Source: Gemmatimonadaceae bacterium
GTDB lineage: Bacteria > Gemmatimonadota > Gemmatimonadetes > Gemmatimonadales > Gemmatimonadaceae
Assembly (NCBI GenBank): GCA_051859245.1
Contig: JBHYGA010000001.1
Location: 96,001-160,000 of the forward strand
Reading direction: 5' to 3'
DNA: 64,000 nt
A program made the position numbers and the translations under genes. This document shows positions 37,012 through 47,153 of the stretch, one piece after another; within the stretch, counting starts at the first letter, position 1, and each line of letters opens with the position of its first letter. Under the pieces are notes generated by a model. The model had not been told where the DNA came from. It worked only from the letters and a program-made list of their open reading frames with translations, and ran no database searches.

Positions 37012-37194
37012 TCGTCGAGGTCGTTCGGCGAAGCAGGTAGGAATGAGCGCCGAATGGGATGGGGCGCACAGACGCTGTGCGTAGTTGATCGCTTACGTGT
37101 AGCTGTAACCCTTCCTCGCGCGAACCGCCGCGGTGATCGATCCTGCCGACGCGGCTGGCGCTCTCCTCCCACCCATGGCTTCAAGGAGACTCCC

Positions 37195-40100
37195 ATGCGT
37201 CACTTGTGGCGCCGCGTCGCGGCGCTCATCGGCATGCTGGCCGTCAGTACCACCATCGCGGAGGGTCAAACCACGGGAACGATTACCGGTCGCGTGCTTG
37301 ACGCGGCGGGCGGTACACCGATTGCAAACTCGGCGGTGACCGTGGCCGGCACAACGATCCGTGCTCTGACCGGGGAAGATGGCCGCTACACGCTACGAAA
37401 CGTTCCAGTTGGTGCGGCAACGATCAGAGCAGTACGACTCGGTTACTCTGAGTTTTCGCGACAGATAACCGTAACCGCGGGCGACGCGGTCGCGCTCGAG
37501 ATCGGGCTAATCAAGGTCGCGTTCGACTTGACCGCCATTGTCACCACAGCGACGGGCGATCAGCGTCGCCTTGAGGTGCCGAATCAGATCGCCCAGATCG
37601 ATGCGAACAAGGCGATTGAATCGGCGCAGATCAGCAACGTTGGCGATCTGCTTATAGGAAAGGCGGCCGGTGTGCAGATCCTGCCAGGTACTGGTGTGAA
37701 CGCCGCCAGTCGAATCCGCATTCGCGGCACTTCCTCGATTTCGCTCAGCAACGATCCGATTGTGTTCGTGGACGGCGTGCGAATCAATAGTTCTACCTCG
37801 GGGTTCGGCAACGGTGGTGCGCCAACGGGTCGCCTGAATGACATCAATCCGGAAGATATTGAAACGATTGATGTGATTCGTGGACCGGCAGCATCAGCCA
37901 CGTACGGGACTGATGCTGCCACGGGTGTAATCGTCATCACCACGAAACGCGGGCGCGCGGGCGCTGCGCGCTGGTCCGTGTATACCGAGCAGGGCATTAC
38001 GCAGGATCGCAACACCTACCCCGACGCGTATACGGCGTGGGGTAAACTTGCTAACCAGTCGAATCCGGCCAACAACGGACGCGCGTCCGACTGTCAGATC
38101 AACACAATTGCGGCCGGCACGTGCGTCGTTGACTCGATCACCACGTTCAACCTTTGGAAAGATCCGCGCGCGAGCCCCCTGCGTACGGGCACTCGTCAGC
38201 AGTACGGCATCAGTGTCGCCGGCGGCAGCGAAGCGGCCACATATTTTGTCGCGCTTGAGCGGGAAGGAACGGTCGGCACGTTCGGGTTGCCGGAGTTCGA
38301 GCGGGATCGATTTGCACGTCAAGGCATTCCGATCGCGGACTATGTGGAAGACCCCAACGTGTTCTCCCGCGTCGGTCTCCGCATGAATCTCGACTTGAAT
38401 CTGGGCCGCGGCCTTCAAGTCCCGATCCGCAGCTATTTCCTGACCAGTCAGCAGCGCGCGCCTGAAGACGGGAATAACACGGTGGGACTCGGGTCGCATG
38501 CATACGGTGGACCGGGAACGCCTAACCGCGTGTTGGGAACCGATTCACTTTATGGTTATCGACAGTTCACGCCTGGCGACATTTTTCAGGAGAGCAACGA
38601 GATCGATCTGCAGCGCTGGATTGGCTCGATCTCTCCCGTGTGGACGCCCACGAGCTGGCTGACCGCGCGAGGAAATGCAGGCCTCGACTTTTCGATGGAG
38701 TCCTACGAGGGGGCCTGCCTGCTCAATCAATGCACGAATTTCGGGCAGCGTCGTCTGGGCTTCAAGAACACAGAGCGCGCCCGCACGTTCCAGTGGACTG
38801 CGGACTGGTCAGCGACCGGAAGTTTTCGTCCGACCGATTTTCTGTCTACGCGTACGACCGCCGGTTTCCAGTACGTATATCGCTTTGATGACGCGTACAG
38901 CGCGAACGCGGCGCAGCTTCCGCCGGGCGGCGCGACGCTGTCGCAGGGCGCGGTGCCATCCGTGGGTGAGGGCACGACCGTCTCGAAAACAGCGGGCGTT
39001 TTTGTTGAGCAGAATCTGCAGCTGTTCGACAAGTTCGACATCGTCGGATCTGTACGCGGAGACCAGAACAGTGCGTTTGGCCAGAACTTTGGTACCGCAT
39101 ACTATCCGCGTGCCGGTGTCTCGTATCGCGTGAGTCAGGAAGATTGGTTTCCGTTGCGCGACCAGATCAACCTGTTCCGGCTACGAAGTTCCTGGGGACA
39201 GGCAGGCATTCGCCCCGGTACCACGGCGTCCCTGCAGTTCTTTGGTTCGAATGTGTACCGTGATGCGGCAGCGGACGTGCCTGGCCTGATTTACCAGACG
39301 TTGGGCAACCTGAATCTGCGCCCTGAGACGGTGACCGAGATCGAAGGTGGGTTCGATGTGGGTTTGTTCAACGATCGAATCACGACATCGCTGACGTACT
39401 ACAACAAACGGTCGAGCGATGCCATCGTGAATCAGACGCTCGCACCGTCGCTTGGTACGGGTGCCACGACACGTGCAACGAATCTCGGCGCGATTCGCAA
39501 CTGGGGATGGGAGTATCTGGTGACCGCGCAGCCGATCGCCTACGATCGTTTTGCGTGGGACTTCACCGTCAATGGTTCGTATAACTCGAACGAAGTGCTC
39601 GATCTTGGTGGCAATCCAGCTGGTACCGGCAGCATTCGCAACGCCGAAGGCTATCCCATTAACTCGGTGTGGGACCGTCCGTACACGTATGAAGATCGGA
39701 ACGGAAACGGAATGATCGAGATCTCCGAGGTGACAGTGGACCCGGAGCAGCGATACCTCGGTTACAGCACACCGCGCGCCGAGCTTTCCATCCAGAATGG
39801 TTTTGATCTGCTGTCGGACCGTCAGATTCGCGTCACCTTTCTCGTTGACGGTAAGCTCGGTGGCTTGATCAACAACACGACCGAGCGCTTCCGCTGCGCG
39901 ACGCGACTCAATGCGCAAGAGCGCATCGATCCCAGTGCGCCGCTCGATCGACAGGCGCGCTGCGCGGCGTTTCAGAAGCCGGGCACCGAGTCAACCAATT
40001 TTGGCTACTTCGAGCCTACCGATTACTGGCGGCTTCGCGAAATGGCGGTGACGTGGCGGGTACCTGAGCGTTGGGTCTCTGCGCTGCCCAAGTTCCGAAC

Positions 40101-40257
40101 CAGTACCATCACGCTCTCGGGCCGTAACCTCAAGTTGTGGAGCGACTTCACAGGCGTCGATCCTGAGACGACTTCCAGCGTCGGTAACACGCAGGATGAG
40201 TTCCAAATCACGCCGCCGCTCCAGACGTGGACGCTGCGCTTCAACTTCGGCTTCTAA
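37195..40257 (+). CDS. susC: SusC/RagA-family TonB-dependent transporter
   Basis: Carboxypeptidase-regulatory-like N-domain; IRIRG...PIVFVDG, DINPEDIE...GPAASATYG...GVIVITTKRG; C-terminal F; AAGGAG RBS. Confidence 0.93.
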   Translation: MRHLWRRVAALIGMLAVSTTIAEGQTTGTITGRVLDAAGGTPIANSAVTVAGTTIRALTGEDGRYTLRNVPVGAATIRAVRLGYSEFSRQITVTAGDAVALEIGLIKVAFDLTAIVTTATGDQRRLEVPNQIAQIDANKAIESAQISNVGDLLIGKAAGVQILPGTGVNAASRIRIRGTSSISLSNDPIVFVDGVRINSSTSGFGNGGAPTGRLNDINPEDIETIDVIRGPAASATYGTDAATGVIVITTKRGRAGAARWSVYTEQGITQDRNTYPDAYTAWGKLANQSNPANNGRASDCQINTIAAGTCVVDSITTFNLWKDPRASPLRTGTRQQYGISVAGGSEAATYFVALEREGTVGTFGLPEFERDRFARQGIPIADYVEDPNVFSRVGLRMNLDLNLGRGLQVPIRSYFLTSQQRAPEDGNNTVGLGSHAYGGPGTPNRVLGTDSLYGYRQFTPGDIFQESNEIDLQRWIGSISPVWTPTSWLTARGNAGLDFSMESYEGACLLNQCTNFGQRRLGFKNTERARTFQWTADWSATGSFRPTDFLSTRTTAGFQYVYRFDDAYSANAAQLPPGGATLSQGAVPSVGEGTTVSKTAGVFVEQNLQLFDKFDIVGSVRGDQNSAFGQNFGTAYYPRAGVSYRVSQEDWFPLRDQINLFRLRSSWGQAGIRPGTTASLQFFGSNVYRDAAADVPGLIYQTLGNLNLRPETVTEIEGGFDVGLFNDRITTSLTYYNKRSSDAIVNQTLAPSLGTGATTRATNLGAIRNWGWEYLVTAQPIAYDRFAWDFTVNGSYNSNEVLDLGGNPAGTGSIRNAEGYPINSVWDRPYTYEDRNGNGMIEISEVTVDPEQRYLGYSTPRAELSIQNGFDLLSDRQIRVTFLVDGKLGGLINNTTERFRCATRLNAQERIDPSAPLDRQARCAAFQKPGTESTNFGYFEPTDYWRLREMAVTWRVPERWVSALPKFRTSTITLSGRNLKLWSDFTGVDPETTSSVGNTQDEFQITPPLQTWTLRFNFGF

Positions 40258-40266
40258 TCGACTGCC

Positions 40267-41682
40267 ATGACTATGCTGAAACTTGCTACTTCGCGCCGAG
40301 TCGCGATTGCACTGCTCGCGGTCTCGCTGTCTGCGTGTGACCTGAGCACGTTTGTCGAAGCGACCGATCCGGACATCATTGGAGTTGATGCGATTTCGAA
40401 TCCCACCGCCGCGAACGCCGTGCGGGTTGGGACACTCGGCCGTTTCAACGCCGCTACGACCGGCGGCGAGACGATGTTTTTGTACGGCGGGTTGTTCGGC
40501 GACGAGTTTGGAACGGGTGATACGTTCACACAGCGCGTTGAGACTGACCAACGCGCGCTCACGCCGCAGAACGCCAATATCACGACGGCATATCGTGGCC
40601 TGCATTTGCCGCGTATCGGCGCAATTCAGGCGCGTGAGGCGCTCGCCGAGTTCTCTCCTGGCGCGCCAAACTGGAACTTCGGCGAAATGTTTTTCGTCGA
40701 AGCGTACATGCTCAATCTACTGGCCGAATATTTCTGCAACGGTCAGCCAATCAGCTCGATCCGCGATGGTGTTGAGGAGTACGGCGCACCGCTGCCCAAC
40801 ACGGAGATCTTTGCACTCGCGCTGGCGAAGGTCGACTCAGGACTTGCTCGTGTAGGGACAGCAACCACAACGAACGACGTTCGTGTTCGCAACGCGCTCT
40901 CCATTCTCAAGGCCCGGATACTCCTGAATCAGGGTGCGTTCTCGGCGGTGCAGGCGGCGGTGGCTGCTGTGCCGACGACCTACGTCTGGCAGCAGGAACA
41001 CTCGAACACCGCTCGTACTCCGGGCGTCTGGTCGTTTGTAAACAATCAGCGCCGATATTCTGTCGCCAACTCTGAAGGCCCATTGGCGATGAATTTCGGC
41101 ACGGCGAACGATCCACGGGTGCCCGTTTGCACGGCGGGGCAGCCGGCGTGCGCCGCATTGTCGCTGACGCAGTCGCGGCCGTTCGACAGCGGCAATACTT
41201 CGGTGCCGAATATGCTGTATCAACTCATCTGGCCAAATGATGCGTCGTCGGTGGCCTTGATGAGTGGCTTGCAGGCGCGACTTTACGAGGCGGAGGCGTT
41301 AAATCGCGCCGATCGTTTTCCGGAAGCGCTTGCGATTCTCAACTCGCTTCGGGCAACACCGCCGGGTTATGGTCGTACGATCGCCGCGATGGCGCCGCTG
41401 ACGGATCCGGGTAATGCCGCGGCTCGTCGCAATCTCGTGTTCCGCGAGAAAGGATTCTGGTTGTTTGGCACCGGTCATCGGTATCCGGACATGCGCCGCA
41501 TGATGCGCCAGTACGGAATGTCGCAGACGGAGGTTTTTCCGAGCGGTAATACCTGGCAGATCAATCGCGCACCAGGGTATGGAACCGACGTTGTGTTTCG
41601 TACGCCAACGGCGGAAACGTTCAACCCTCTTCAGCCCGTCGGACCGGACGGTGCGGCGATTTGCATTGACACGAATCCATAG
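40267..41682 (+). CDS. susD: SusD/RagB-family lipoprotein
   Basis: Lipobox LSAC; ARILL, DPR, LYEAEA, E...GHRYPDMRR; directly downstream of susC. Confidence 0.87.
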   Translation: MTMLKLATSRRVAIALLAVSLSACDLSTFVEATDPDIIGVDAISNPTAANAVRVGTLGRFNAATTGGETMFLYGGLFGDEFGTGDTFTQRVETDQRALTPQNANITTAYRGLHLPRIGAIQAREALAEFSPGAPNWNFGEMFFVEAYMLNLLAEYFCNGQPISSIRDGVEEYGAPLPNTEIFALALAKVDSGLARVGTATTTNDVRVRNALSILKARILLNQGAFSAVQAAVAAVPTTYVWQQEHSNTARTPGVWSFVNNQRRYSVANSEGPLAMNFGTANDPRVPVCTAGQPACAALSLTQSRPFDSGNTSVPNMLYQLIWPNDASSVALMSGLQARLYEAEALNRADRFPEALAILNSLRATPPGYGRTIAAMAPLTDPGNAAARRNLVFREKGFWLFGTGHRYPDMRRMMRQYGMSQTEVFPSGNTWQINRAPGYGTDVVFRTPTAETFNPLQPVGPDGAAICIDTNP

Positions 41683-41705
41683 AATCTGACTGAGTCACGG
41701 AAAGG

Positions 41706-41750
41706 AAAAAACGGGGAAGCGCTGCTATGCGCTTCCCCGTTTTGCATTTT
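41706..41750. terminator. Bidirectional intrinsic terminator
   Basis: 15-bp stem AAAACGGGGAAGCGC / GCGCTTCCCCGTTTT between convergent genes. Confidence 0.88.
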
Positions 41751-41768
41751 ATCAACATCACGGCAAGG

Positions 41769-42245
41769 CTATGGAGTGTAGCGAGCCCGCGTGATCACAA
41801 TAATCGCGCCGGATCCCGAGGAGTTCGTCCCGAACTTCTGTACAGCGTCCGTTGACGACAGAAACTCCACGCGTTCGATATCGGCGGCACGAATACGCCG
41901 AAGGAGATCAAAGTCGAGCATGATGGATCCGTCGACCTGGAGAACGGGCGAATCGGCACCGCGGTTGGTGATGCTCGACCGTCCGCGGGTTCGTCGTACT
42001 GACACTCCGCCTCGGTTGTTGTCCGCGAGGAGATAACCGCCACCACGTTCAACGACTTCGAAAGCATCAAGCACGTTCCATTTCGCAATCATCGCACGGG
42101 TAATCGTGCGTCCGCCCGTCGCGGAACGAATCCCACCGTCGAGATCGCCAGCGGATTTGTGGCTCCCGCACGCGACCACTGACGCCCCCATGAGCATCGT
42201 TACGACCAACCGCGCTACTACTCGCATGCTCGACATACTAGCCAT
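41769..42245 (-). CDS. Stand-alone TonB-receptor plug-domain lipoprotein
   Basis: Lipobox VVAC; ITRAMI, PVLQVDG, DIERVEFL...FG...GAIIVITR; no barrel. Confidence 0.75.
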   Translation of the reverse strand: MASMSSMRVVARLVVTMLMGASVVACGSHKSAGDLDGGIRSATGGRTITRAMIAKWNVLDAFEVVERGGGYLLADNNRGGVSVRRTRGRSSITNRGADSPVLQVDGSIMLDFDLLRRIRAADIERVEFLSSTDAVQKFGTNSSGSGAIIVITRARYTP

Positions 42246-42386
42246 GCTCCGACGTCGAGGGTGACGCTCGAGACTGTGTCCTGAATAAGACGTTGTCGAC
42301 GGTCGGGTGTCAACGGCGTTCGTCCCTATGTGGTCAATCCAGTGAACCGCCTTGCACGTGCCAGGATCTGCGCCCGAGCCCCAACC

Positions 42387-44324
42387 TCAGCGCACCCGCG
42401 TGATGCCGATGTCGTCCACGTGCACCTGCCCAACGCGCGTTCGATCAAACACCAACCGGATCTCGGCCAGTGTGCTCGCATCGAACCCGGGCGTGGCGGC
42501 AGTGAACGCAGCGAGCGGCATCACGTAGGTGTGCAACAGCTGCTCGTAACGCGCGCTAAACCGCTGCGCATCGCGCCCTGCGCGTCGGTACACGAACGAC
42601 TCAATCGGTCGGCGCACTGGTCCGAACTGCGAGAGCGGCAATCGGGCCATGCGACCGTTCGCGTCTACCAACTCGATCGACAAGTCTGGCGGCGTGGTGT
42701 CCTTGGCGGGTGGCTTTGCCGCCGGCTTCGCAGCGGGCTTTGCCGCGGGTTTGGGCGCCGCCGAGTCTGTTTTGGGTTTCGCGGCGGAGTCCTTGGCGGT
42801 TTTTCTCGCGCCCGGGGTCTGGTCGGTATAAAACATGGACACCGTGACCGCGCTCTCTGTGCCCACCTGCCAAGCGCGTCGCAACGAATCAGGCACCGTG
42901 ATGGTGAAACGCGCTGGCCAGCGTGGCGTGCTGTCACTGCCAGCGGGCGCGTTGTTCCAGCCGAGTCGTACCGCGGTGCCGCGCATACTGTTGTTGGCTG
43001 TACGAAACGGCAGATCAAACTCGCGCCACACGGAGAGTGAATCACCGCGCAGCGTTACGCCCGGTGCAGTGCCGGTAGTGAGATCGATGTCGCCTTCAAA
43101 GTCCGCCAAGCGCTGCTCACGTCCGTCGGCGTAGCGCGTACTGTACATGGTTGGGGGCAACCAATCGCCAGCCGTGCGATGATCGCGGAACAGCGTGCGA
43201 TACGCATCGCCGCCACGCAACGTGCTTTCGAGAAACGCACCAATCACCACGCGACCAAACTGCCGCTGCTCTTCGCCCGACACGAGTGCGTCGAGTGCCA
43301 ACCGTCGCGCCGACGTTTTGCCATTGTCCTTTTCGTTCCAGCCGGTGTTCCACTGCCCGTGGTTCGCGCGGTACATGAGGATCGCGCTCTTGAACCACGA
43401 GCTGCCTGGCGTGAACGACACACGATCGTATTGCGTGAGCCCGTTGAACGTGCTCACGTCACCGTCGTGCGTTCCGTGAATCACGAGGTAGTTGATATCG
43501 CGCAGCGGGGTGCCTTTGTCAGACGGTCGGTATTGTCCGTCTACCGGGGCAATCGCCACAAGCGCCTTGATGTCGAAATTGAAGTTGAACTTTTGCGTGG
43601 CGTCGTCTGGATAGTGCGCGAGTTTGTTGAAGGCAGCGGCCACGGCCACGGCTTCGCCACCACGCGAGTGCCCCATGAGCGCAATCCGCGACATGTCAAT
43701 ACGACCGGCGAGTGGCTTTCCGGCCGAATCGTTCAATGCACGAAACACTTCGAGATGCTTGAGCAGCAACCAGCCGCGCCCGTCATTCTCCATGCGCGCG
43801 TTGCCGTTAATGAAGTTCTGATCGATCGACGCGAGAATGTATCCGCGTGATGCGAGCAGTTCACCGAGCCAGGCGTAACCCGGATCGGAGAAATCTTTCA
43901 TATCGTGATTGCCGTGTACGATCAGCACGAGTGGAAACGGACCGTTGCCTTCCGGATACCACACGCGCGCGTTCAGCGGAAACGCCTTGGTATCGTAGCC
44001 CCAATATTCCTTGCGGCTCTTGGCGATGGCCGGCGTGAACGATACAAACGGTGACGCATCAACCGTGCCCGTGCGATACGCGATGGAGTCACGAAACTCA
44101 GGGCGCCGTTTGTCCTTGCCGCTGCCGTAGTACAGCTGGCGCACGGCGAGCGTGCCGGGTGTACCCGGATGCGGCGCGGTGATCGTGCGATTCGCCAGTA
44201 CGCGCGGCGCGTCGCTCGGCACAAGCTTGGGCGCCTGATAGAGGCAGGCGGTGAGTGACACGATCGGCGCGAGCAGTGCGGAGCGCGCCATCCGCAGGCG
44301 ACGCGCATTGGAGTCTGGAATCAT
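42387..44324 (-). CDS. Alpha/beta hydrolase lipoprotein (chlorophyllase-like)
   Basis: PLVLIVHGNH, GHSRGG nucleophile elbow, HDGDV, ANHGQWN; start taken at MIPDSN. Confidence 0.82.
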   Translation of the reverse strand: MIPDSNARRLRMARSALLAPIVSLTACLYQAPKLVPSDAPRVLANRTITAPHPGTPGTLAVRQLYYGSGKDKRRPEFRDSIAYRTGTVDASPFVSFTPAIAKSRKEYWGYDTKAFPLNARVWYPEGNGPFPLVLIVHGNHDMKDFSDPGYAWLGELLASRGYILASIDQNFINGNARMENDGRGWLLLKHLEVFRALNDSAGKPLAGRIDMSRIALMGHSRGGEAVAVAAAFNKLAHYPDDATQKFNFNFDIKALVAIAPVDGQYRPSDKGTPLRDINYLVIHGTHDGDVSTFNGLTQYDRVSFTPGSSWFKSAILMYRANHGQWNTGWNEKDNGKTSARRLALDALVSGEEQRQFGRVVIGAFLESTLRGGDAYRTLFRDHRTAGDWLPPTMYSTRYADGREQRLADFEGDIDLTTGTAPGVTLRGDSLSVWREFDLPFRTANNSMRGTAVRLGWNNAPAGSDSTPRWPARFTITVPDSLRRAWQVGTESAVTVSMFYTDQTPGARKTAKDSAAKPKTDSAAPKPAAKPAAKPAAKPPAKDTTPPDLSIELVDANGRMARLPLSQFGPVRRPIESFVYRRAGRDAQRFSARYEQLLHTYVMPLAAFTAATPGFDASTLAEIRLVFDRTRVGQVHVDDIGITRVR

Positions 44325-44403
44325 GCCCAGACGATATCCTGCGGACACGGTCCGTGCCAAGTCACCCCCTCGCGGGGAGTCTGTTTGTGCTGCACAATAG
44401 GGG

Positions 44404-45741
44404 ATGGACCGTCGACGATTCGTCTCCGCGCTCTCGGGCGCCGCCATCGCACCTGCCGTGCTTCCGGGGTTTGTACCGGACGCCATTCGACGACTGCGCG
44501 ATGCCACCGCCGTGGCCGCCACACGCGGCGCGCCCTGGCCGCCCTCTGGCGTGCACGACCCGCACGCGCTCACGCTCGCAGATGACGAAGATTTCTGGGA
44601 GCCGATCCAGCGCGCGTTTGATGTGGATCGGACGCACACCAATCTGAACAACGGCGGCGTATCGCCCACGCCGAGTCACGTGCTGGAAGCAATGATTCGG
44701 GATCTCCGATTCTCGAACGAGTTGCCAGTGCGGAACATGTGGCAGCTGCTGGAGCCGGCGATTGAAGTGTCGCGCCGCGAGCTGGCGCGCGAGTTTGGCT
44801 GCGACACCGAAGAAATGGCGATTACGCGCAACGCGTCCGAGAGCATGGAGACACTGATTCTTGGCCTCGATCTCAAACGCGGCGACGAGGTAATTGTCAG
44901 CAACCAGAATTATCCGCGCATGCTGACCACGTGGCGGCAGCGCGAACGACGCGACGGCATTGTGCTCAAGAGCGTGTCGTTTCCCGTGCCGCCGCCAAAC
45001 GCGCAAGTGATTGTTGACGCGGTGGCGGCCGCGATCACTCCGCGCACGCGCGCCATTGAACTGCCACACATTACCAATCTGTCTGGTCAGATTCTTCCGA
45101 TTCGGGCCATTACGGAGCTCGCCCGCCCGCGTGATATCGCTGTGTTGGTAGACGGCGCGCATGCCTTTGCGCATTTCCCGTTTACGCGCGACGAACTGGA
45201 CTGCGATTACTACGGCACCAGTTTGCACAAATGGCTGTACGCACCGATCGGTACAGGATTCCTGTACGTGCGCAAATCAAAACAGCGTGCGATGTGGCCG
45301 CTCATGGCAGCCGACCCGGAACTCGACGAAGACATTCGTAAGTACGAACAGATTGGCACGCACCCGGCGGCGAATCACAACGCGATTCCGATGGCGATGT
45401 CGTTTCATCGCGGCATTGGGGCGGCGCGGAAAGTGGCGCGACTTCGCTATTTGCGTGACCGATGGGCGCGCCGCGCCGTGAGTGAAAGCGACGGTCGTGT
45501 GACCATGCTCACATCACTCGACAGTCCGGACACGGGCGGCATAGGCCTGGTGTCGGTCAAGAATGTGGCGCCGAACGAGCTCGTCTCGTGGATGTTCAGC
45601 AAGCACAGCATTGTGACTACGCCAATCAATCACCCTGAGTTTTCGGGCGTGCGCGTGACACCGAATGTGTACACCACGCTTGACGAGGTAGACCGCTTCT
45701 CGGAGGCGCTGATACAGGCCGCACGCACGGGGATCAAGTAG
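44404..45741 (+). CDS. Tat-exported class V PLP-dependent enzyme (isopenicillin N epimerase-like)
   Basis: DRRRFV leader; LNNGG, RNASE, VDGAH, SLHKWLYAPIGTG. Confidence 0.88.
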   Translation: MDRRRFVSALSGAAIAPAVLPGFVPDAIRRLRDATAVAATRGAPWPPSGVHDPHALTLADDEDFWEPIQRAFDVDRTHTNLNNGGVSPTPSHVLEAMIRDLRFSNELPVRNMWQLLEPAIEVSRRELAREFGCDTEEMAITRNASESMETLILGLDLKRGDEVIVSNQNYPRMLTTWRQRERRDGIVLKSVSFPVPPPNAQVIVDAVAAAITPRTRAIELPHITNLSGQILPIRAITELARPRDIAVLVDGAHAFAHFPFTRDELDCDYYGTSLHKWLYAPIGTGFLYVRKSKQRAMWPLMAADPELDEDIRKYEQIGTHPAANHNAIPMAMSFHRGIGAARKVARLRYLRDRWARRAVSESDGRVTMLTSLDSPDTGGIGLVSVKNVAPNELVSWMFSKHSIVTTPINHPEFSGVRVTPNVYTTLDEVDRFSEALIQAARTGIK

Positions 45742-45814
45742 CCAGGTATGGCCGCCGCCACGGCCCGTGAAACCTCGTGCTCCCCAGTCCGTTAGGAGAG
45801 AAACGGAGGTAGTT

Positions 45815-46108
45815 ATGATTGGATTCTTGCTGTCTTTTGCCATTGCCACGGTGCTGTTCATGTCGATCCACGGCGCGACTCGGCGTTTTGTGGCGAACCG
45901 GCTGCGTTACGTGGACGCGGCCCGCAAAGCGCTGACGCCCTGGCTGGCGGGTGGCGCGGCCCTTGTGGTGGCGGCCCCGGTCATGGCGCTGTTGCCGATT
46001 GTTGGAATAGGCACGGCACTCACCGTAGGTCTCGCCGTTGGCATGGGCGTCGCGAACGGTGCCCGTGATATCGAGCGCGGTACCTCGCCGGTCGTCTACG
46101 GGCCGTAA
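45815..46108 (+). CDS. Small hypothetical membrane protein
   Basis: GGAGG RBS; three hydrophobic segments; RRFVANRLRYVD. Confidence 0.75.
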   Translation: MIGFLLSFAIATVLFMSIHGATRRFVANRLRYVDAARKALTPWLAGGAALVVAAPVMALLPIVGIGTALTVGLAVGMGVANGARDIERGTSPVVYGP

Positions 46109-46129
46109 GCACGCCGATGGTTCCGGTCG

Positions 46130-46810
46130 CTACATCCAGTACTCGTAGCGGCCGGACACAATCACGTAGGCCGACAAACACGCGTTCGTGATCGCGTGGA
46201 CCAGCACCATGTCGCCGAGTGACTTGGTGCGCCACATCCACCAGTTGTAGATCAGACCACAGGCGAGCCCCACTTCCCAATACGGGCCGTGTTCGCTCGC
46301 GAACAGCACCGCGGTGCCTACGAACGCCAGGGTGTTGTAGGTGCCAAGCTGCACCTTTTGCCAATCCGGATTTACGAGCCAGCGTGGAAGCCAGCCGCGC
46401 CAGAAGAGCTCCTCCAGAACAGGCACGATCAGCGCCGCTCGCGCAAAGCGCAGCGCCATAACGAGCGGGTTCGCCAGTTCCTCAGGTGCGATCGTTGTTT
46501 TGATCGAACCCGTGATGGCGTTCTGAAAGAGCCAGTGAGAACGCCACCCGGCAAACAACAGGTCGGGTGCAATCCACATGACGAAGACGAGCACGCCAAG
46601 CACGCTCGATGACAGTGCATGGTGCACGCGCATTGTTGCGATAATGTCGCGCGAGAAGTACCAGAGTACGCCCGCGAGCAGCGCGACGCGAAGCAGTGAC
46701 TCGTAGGGCTGCGCGATTGGTAGTGACGGCATCACTACCAGCAGCAGCATGAAGATCACGAACGGGGCGACCCAGGCGAGTGCCGGTGCGCGCAATGTGG
46801 GGCGTGTCAT
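46130..46810 (-). CDS. CPBP/CAAX prenyl protease-related intramembrane metalloprotease
   Basis: EELFWRG, LFASEH, HAITN motifs; multi-TM. Confidence 0.88.
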   Translation of the reverse strand: MTRPTLRAPALAWVAPFVIFMLLLVVMPSLPIAQPYESLLRVALLAGVLWYFSRDIIATMRVHHALSSSVLGVLVFVMWIAPDLLFAGWRSHWLFQNAITGSIKTTIAPEELANPLVMALRFARAALIVPVLEELFWRGWLPRWLVNPDWQKVQLGTYNTLAFVGTAVLFASEHGPYWEVGLACGLIYNWWMWRTKSLGDMVLVHAITNACLSAYVIVSGRYEYWM

Positions 46811-46841
46811 GGAGTGCGAGCGAGCGCCTGGATCACGTGTG

Positions 46842-47153
46842 CTACCGCTTGCGACGCGGAAAAGTGTCGAGCAGCGACAGTCCCATCACGGTGAGGAACA
46901 GCAGCAGGAACATCACCAGAATGGCGATCATGCGGACACGTCGCGAGGGCAACAGCGCGAACACAAACAGACAGGTGAGCGAACCCACAAACAACCGGAA
47001 CATCTGTCGATCAAACTGGCTCGGCTGCAGTCGCAGGTGTGTTGGAATGCGTCGCCAGCGTCGTTCGTACTTCATCAAGAACGCGAACGAACGATTCTCG
47101 AACGCCATCCATCGCGCTGTGGCGAGGGTGAGCAACCGTGATGATGACTTCAC
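46842..47153 (-). CDS. Small hypothetical membrane protein
   Basis: Two TM segments; GTGA overlap with upstream gene; fills gap. Confidence 0.5.
   Translation of the reverse strand: MKSSSRLLTLATARWMAFENRSFAFLMKYERRWRRIPTHLRLQPSQFDRQMFRLFVGSLTCLFVFALLPSRRVRMIAILVMFLLLFLTVMGLSLLDTFPRRKR

Noticed and set aside
36323..37194. Riboswitch or ncRNA in the intergenic regions around ridA and susC
   Set aside because: No recognisable cobalamin, TPP, SAM or glycine riboswitch consensus by eye; an Rfam/Infernal scan would be needed to exclude one.
44404..45741. Beta-lactam biosynthesis from isopenicillin N epimerase similarity
   Set aside because: No NRPS or IPNS genes nearby; similarity is only at family level.
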